Source: Alphaproteobacteria bacterium (lineage in GTDB: Bacteria; Pseudomonadota; Alphaproteobacteria; MPNO01; UBA830). From it: 64,000 bases of DNA. Positions 61,450 to 64,000 of the stretch are shown here, in pieces (position 1 is the first letter of the stretch; every line of letters starts with the position of its first letter). The DNA lies in contig OZ244893.1 of the NCBI GenBank assembly GCA_965221485.1, positions 1,861,410 to 1,925,409 on the forward strand. The letters are read 5' to 3'. The position numbers were made by a program, and so were the translations under genes. The notes beneath the pieces are model-generated. The model saw nothing but the letters and a program-made list of their open reading frames with translations, was not told the origin of the DNA and made no database searches.

Positions 61450-61967
61450 GCCGCACCGGTTTCATTCGCTCGGCCCGGGTCTGGAGCCTGGGAGACTATA
61501 TCGACACTGACGCGCTGGCCCCGGGGCTGTACATGAAAGGGCCCCTGGAGGATCTTGCGACACATTGCCTCGAGGCGGTCGATCCCGGATTCGCCACCGC
61601 TGTGCGACCCGGGGATGTCATCTGCGCAGGAGCCGCTTTCGGGATGGGATCTTCCCGGGAGCAGGCTGCCCAGGTACTCGTGTCACTTGGTGTTGCGGCC
61701 GTACTCGCACCGTCCTTCGGACATATCTTCTACCGAAATGCAATCAACCACGGGTTGATGGCCGTCGTCTGCGCAGATGCTTCGACGATCCCTGACGGGC
61801 ACCGGATCTCTATTGATGCGGCTGCCGGAACCGCACACGACCTCGACGATGATCGAACCTTGCAGTGTGAACCGGTTCCCGACCACCTTCTTGTGATGCT
61901 TGCGGACGGCGGCCTGGTCCCGCATCTTGAAAAACGTATGAGACTCCATGAATTGGACACTCCATGA
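61446..61967 (+). CDS. 3-isopropylmalate dehydratase small subunit-like (LeuD-like swivel domain)
   Basis: Internal ATG of ORF 61248..61967 overlapping leuC-like stop as ATGA. 173 aa. GDYIDTDALAP and GMGSSREQA motifs. Confidence 0.8.
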   Translation: MSRTGFIRSARVWSLGDYIDTDALAPGLYMKGPLEDLATHCLEAVDPGFATAVRPGDVICAGAAFGMGSSREQAAQVLVSLGVAAVLAPSFGHIFYRNAINHGLMAVVCADASTIPDGHRISIDAAAGTAHDLDDDRTLQCEPVPDHLLVMLADGGLVPHLEKRMRLHELDTP

Positions 61968-63715
61968 GCATTGATCCCGTCACTCTCGCGGTCATCAAGG
62001 GTCGCCTGGAACAGATATCGGACGAAATGGATGCTGCGCTGTTTCGCGCTGCCTTCAGCCCGGTGGTAGCAGAAGCAAGGGATGCCTCACATGGACTTTA
62101 TGAGGCTGGCACCGGAGATACCCTGATACAGGGCAAGGAAGGCCTTCCCATATTCGTGGGCGTCATGTCATTCGCGGTCAAGACGGGTATTGCCAAGGCC
62201 GCCGCGGATGGAGAGATCCGGGACGGGGACCTCTGGATCTTCAATGATCCTTATGTCGGAGGAACACATCTCTCCGACTTCAAGATCGTGCGCCCCTTCT
62301 TCCGGGACGGAGAAATTTTCTGCTGGCTGGCATCGGTCGCGCACTGGCATGACGTCGGAGGTGGTGTGCCCGGAAACTACAATCCCTCGGCAACGGACTG
62401 CTTCCAGGAAGGTTTCGTCCTGCCACCGGTCAAGCTGATGGACGCCGGAAAGCTTCGCGAAGATGTGGTCAGTATCGTTACAGCCAACAGTCGTCTTCCC
62501 GGCAGCTCCTATGGCGATCTGATGGGGCAGATCAACTCCCTCAATCTGGGCACCCGGCGGCTTCATGATCTGATCGACGAGTATGGTCGCGAGACAGTCG
62601 CCGGGGTGTTCACCGAACTGAAATCCCGATCGGCGCAGCAGATGCGGAGCCTGATCTCGGACTTGCCCGAGGGGCATTATTCAGCAGAGGACTTTCTCGA
62701 CAATGACGGAATTGTCGACCAACCGCTGAAAGTTGCTCTCGATCTGACGATCGGGAAGGACACTCTCACCTTCGACTTCTCCCGTTCATCCGGGTCCTGT
62801 TCCGGACCTGTCAACATCTCCGAAACGACGACCATTGCCGCCACCTATGTTGCTCTCAAGCATGTTTTCCGGGAAGTGCCGGCCAATGGAGGCGTTCTCG
62901 AGCCGATCCGGTTCGTGATTCCCGATGACAGTCTCCTTTCGGCAACCGCCCCGCGTCCGGTGGGTGGCTACACCGAAACCATACTCAGGCTGATCGATAT
63001 CGTCTTTGCAGCATTCGCACAGGCGGATCCGACAATCGCCCCCGCCAACGGGTTTGGCACCATCAATGCTGTGTCCATGAACGGCCGCCGGCCAGGCCAG
63101 GCCAGGCCCTGGGTTTTCTTTTCCTTTTTCGGTGGCGGCCTTGGCGGTCACTCGGATGGCGACGGTCTTACGCACGGAAACGGCGCGATCTCGATGGCGA
63201 CAATACCGCCCGCAGAAATTCTCGAGGCGGCGCTGCCTGTCATGTTTACGCAATGGTCTCTCCGCCCCGATTCGGCCGGTCCGGGACGTCACCGGGGCGG
63301 CTTTGGCGCGGTCTATGAAATCGAACTGCTGGCAGATCATGCTACCGGTTTCGTGTTTGCCGAGCGCGGCCGTTTCCCGCCCCGCGGCATCGCTGAAGGT
63401 GGTGATGGCGCCATGAACGTGATTACCTGGACGCACGATGGCGATCATCACGTTCCGGCCATGACGTCGAAGGCGGTGGGACTTCAGCTCGCGGCGGGGC
63501 GGCGTATCCGGATCGAGTCACCGGGTGGTGGCGGATTTGGCTCCCCCTTCGAACGCGATCCGGAGAGGGTCGCCGATGACGTTCGGCAGGGCCTCGTCAG
63601 CCGGCAGAAAGCGAAACAGTTCTATGGTGTGATCATTGACAGCTCCGGAAACCCCGATCATGAAGCGACCGCAGCACTGCGCAGTTCCCTGCACCCGGTG
63701 GGTGCTCAGCCATGA
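61964..63715 (+). CDS. hydantoinase B/oxoprolinase family protein (HyuB)
   Basis: 583 aa. DPVTLAVIKGRLEQISDEM N-terminus and NDPYVGGTHLSD typical of the HyuB/acetone carboxylase alpha family. ATGA overlap with preceding gene. No HyuA partner in window. Confidence 0.85.
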   Translation: MSIDPVTLAVIKGRLEQISDEMDAALFRAAFSPVVAEARDASHGLYEAGTGDTLIQGKEGLPIFVGVMSFAVKTGIAKAAADGEIRDGDLWIFNDPYVGGTHLSDFKIVRPFFRDGEIFCWLASVAHWHDVGGGVPGNYNPSATDCFQEGFVLPPVKLMDAGKLREDVVSIVTANSRLPGSSYGDLMGQINSLNLGTRRLHDLIDEYGRETVAGVFTELKSRSAQQMRSLISDLPEGHYSAEDFLDNDGIVDQPLKVALDLTIGKDTLTFDFSRSSGSCSGPVNISETTTIAATYVALKHVFREVPANGGVLEPIRFVIPDDSLLSATAPRPVGGYTETILRLIDIVFAAFAQADPTIAPANGFGTINAVSMNGRRPGQARPWVFFSFFGGGLGGHSDGDGLTHGNGAISMATIPPAEILEAALPVMFTQWSLRPDSAGPGRHRGGFGAVYEIELLADHATGFVFAERGRFPPRGIAEGGDGAMNVITWTHDGDHHVPAMTSKAVGLQLAAGRRIRIESPGGGGFGSPFERDPERVADDVRQGLVSRQKAKQFYGVIIDSSGNPDHEATAALRSSLHPVGAQP

Positions 63716-63907
63716 ATGCTCCCGCGACGGCTGGACGAACGTGATGTTCGCTCAGGAACCGGTGCGAGTGCCGGGACCGTGAGCTGACCGCGACATGCAG
63801 CCCTCTGCCGCCAGTTCACCGGGATCTGTGCCTCCGGCGCTTGTTCCGGAATCAGGCGACGCGCGCGGCGGCTGATGCGTAGCTGAGGCAGGGGCGAAGA
63901 ATCGACC

Positions 63908-64000
63908 ATGGCATCATACGCAATCAAGCGACTGTCCCCGGCCCTCGGCGCCGAGATCACGGGAATTGATCTCCACCGGAGCCTCACCCCCGAAACCGTT
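63908..64000 (+). CDS. TauD/TfdA-family alpha-ketoglutarate-dependent dioxygenase (N-terminus only; continues past window end)
   Basis: MASYAIKRLSPALGAEITGIDLHRSLTPETV resembles the N-terminus of TauD/TfdA dioxygenases. Truncated by the window end. Confidence 0.45.
   Translation, partial: MASYAIKRLSPALGAEITGIDLHRSLTPETV

Noticed and set aside
63085-63105. CCAGGC x3 tandem repeat
   Set aside because: Lies inside the hyuB coding sequence (encodes PGQARP). Trivial codon-level repeat, not a repeat element or CRISPR.

Overview
High-GC (~62%) chromosomal segment that looks alphaproteobacterial (Rhodobacterales/Rhodospirillales style); that placement is an inference from composition and gene content. 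It is packed with solute-uptake systems and catabolic enzymes: five TRAP transporters (one with fused DctQM), one tripartite tricarboxylate (TctCAB) transporter and one CUT1-type ABC transporter in 64 kb. Recognisable content, left to right: an orphan xanthine-dehydrogenase-family molybdenum subunit translationally coupled to a secreted ankyrin-repeat protein; a DUF427 protein; CitE-like lyase plus SMP-30 lactonase; an orphan bioD; a SAM-methyltransferase; two diverged ornithine-cyclodeaminase paralogs flanking tctCAB; a PncA nicotinamidase divergent from a zinc-ribbon NUDIX hydrolase; a LOG/TIGR00725-like protein ahead of an ABC sugar-type transporter; tRNA-Lys(CTT) followed by a lower-GC islet containing toxin-antitoxin debris (VapC C-terminal fragment, HicB-like fragment); a hydroxycinnamate (ferulate-type) catabolic locus with BOTH an ADP-forming (FerA-like) and an AMP-forming (Fcs-like) CoA ligase around a feruloyl-CoA hydratase/lyase (HCHL/Ech) and a MarR regulator, flanked by TRAP systems; a short MetE-like methyltransferase heading a TRAP operon; a RidA plus acyl-CoA-dehydrogenase-like flavin monooxygenase pair; a Phd/PIN toxin-antitoxin pair; an IS21 istB scar between divergent TRAP genes; and a tight operon encoding a KstD/fumarate-reductase-like flavoprotein, a LeuC/LeuD-like dehydratase, an orphan hydantoinase-B (HyuB) and a TauD/TfdA-like dioxygenase (truncated by the window end). 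No CRISPR array, rRNA or intact transposase was found. Start codons were chosen by residue counting from the ORF table plus RBS inspection. A few coordinates read directly from the sequence (tRNA, terminators, the partial first CDS) may be off by 1-2 nt.
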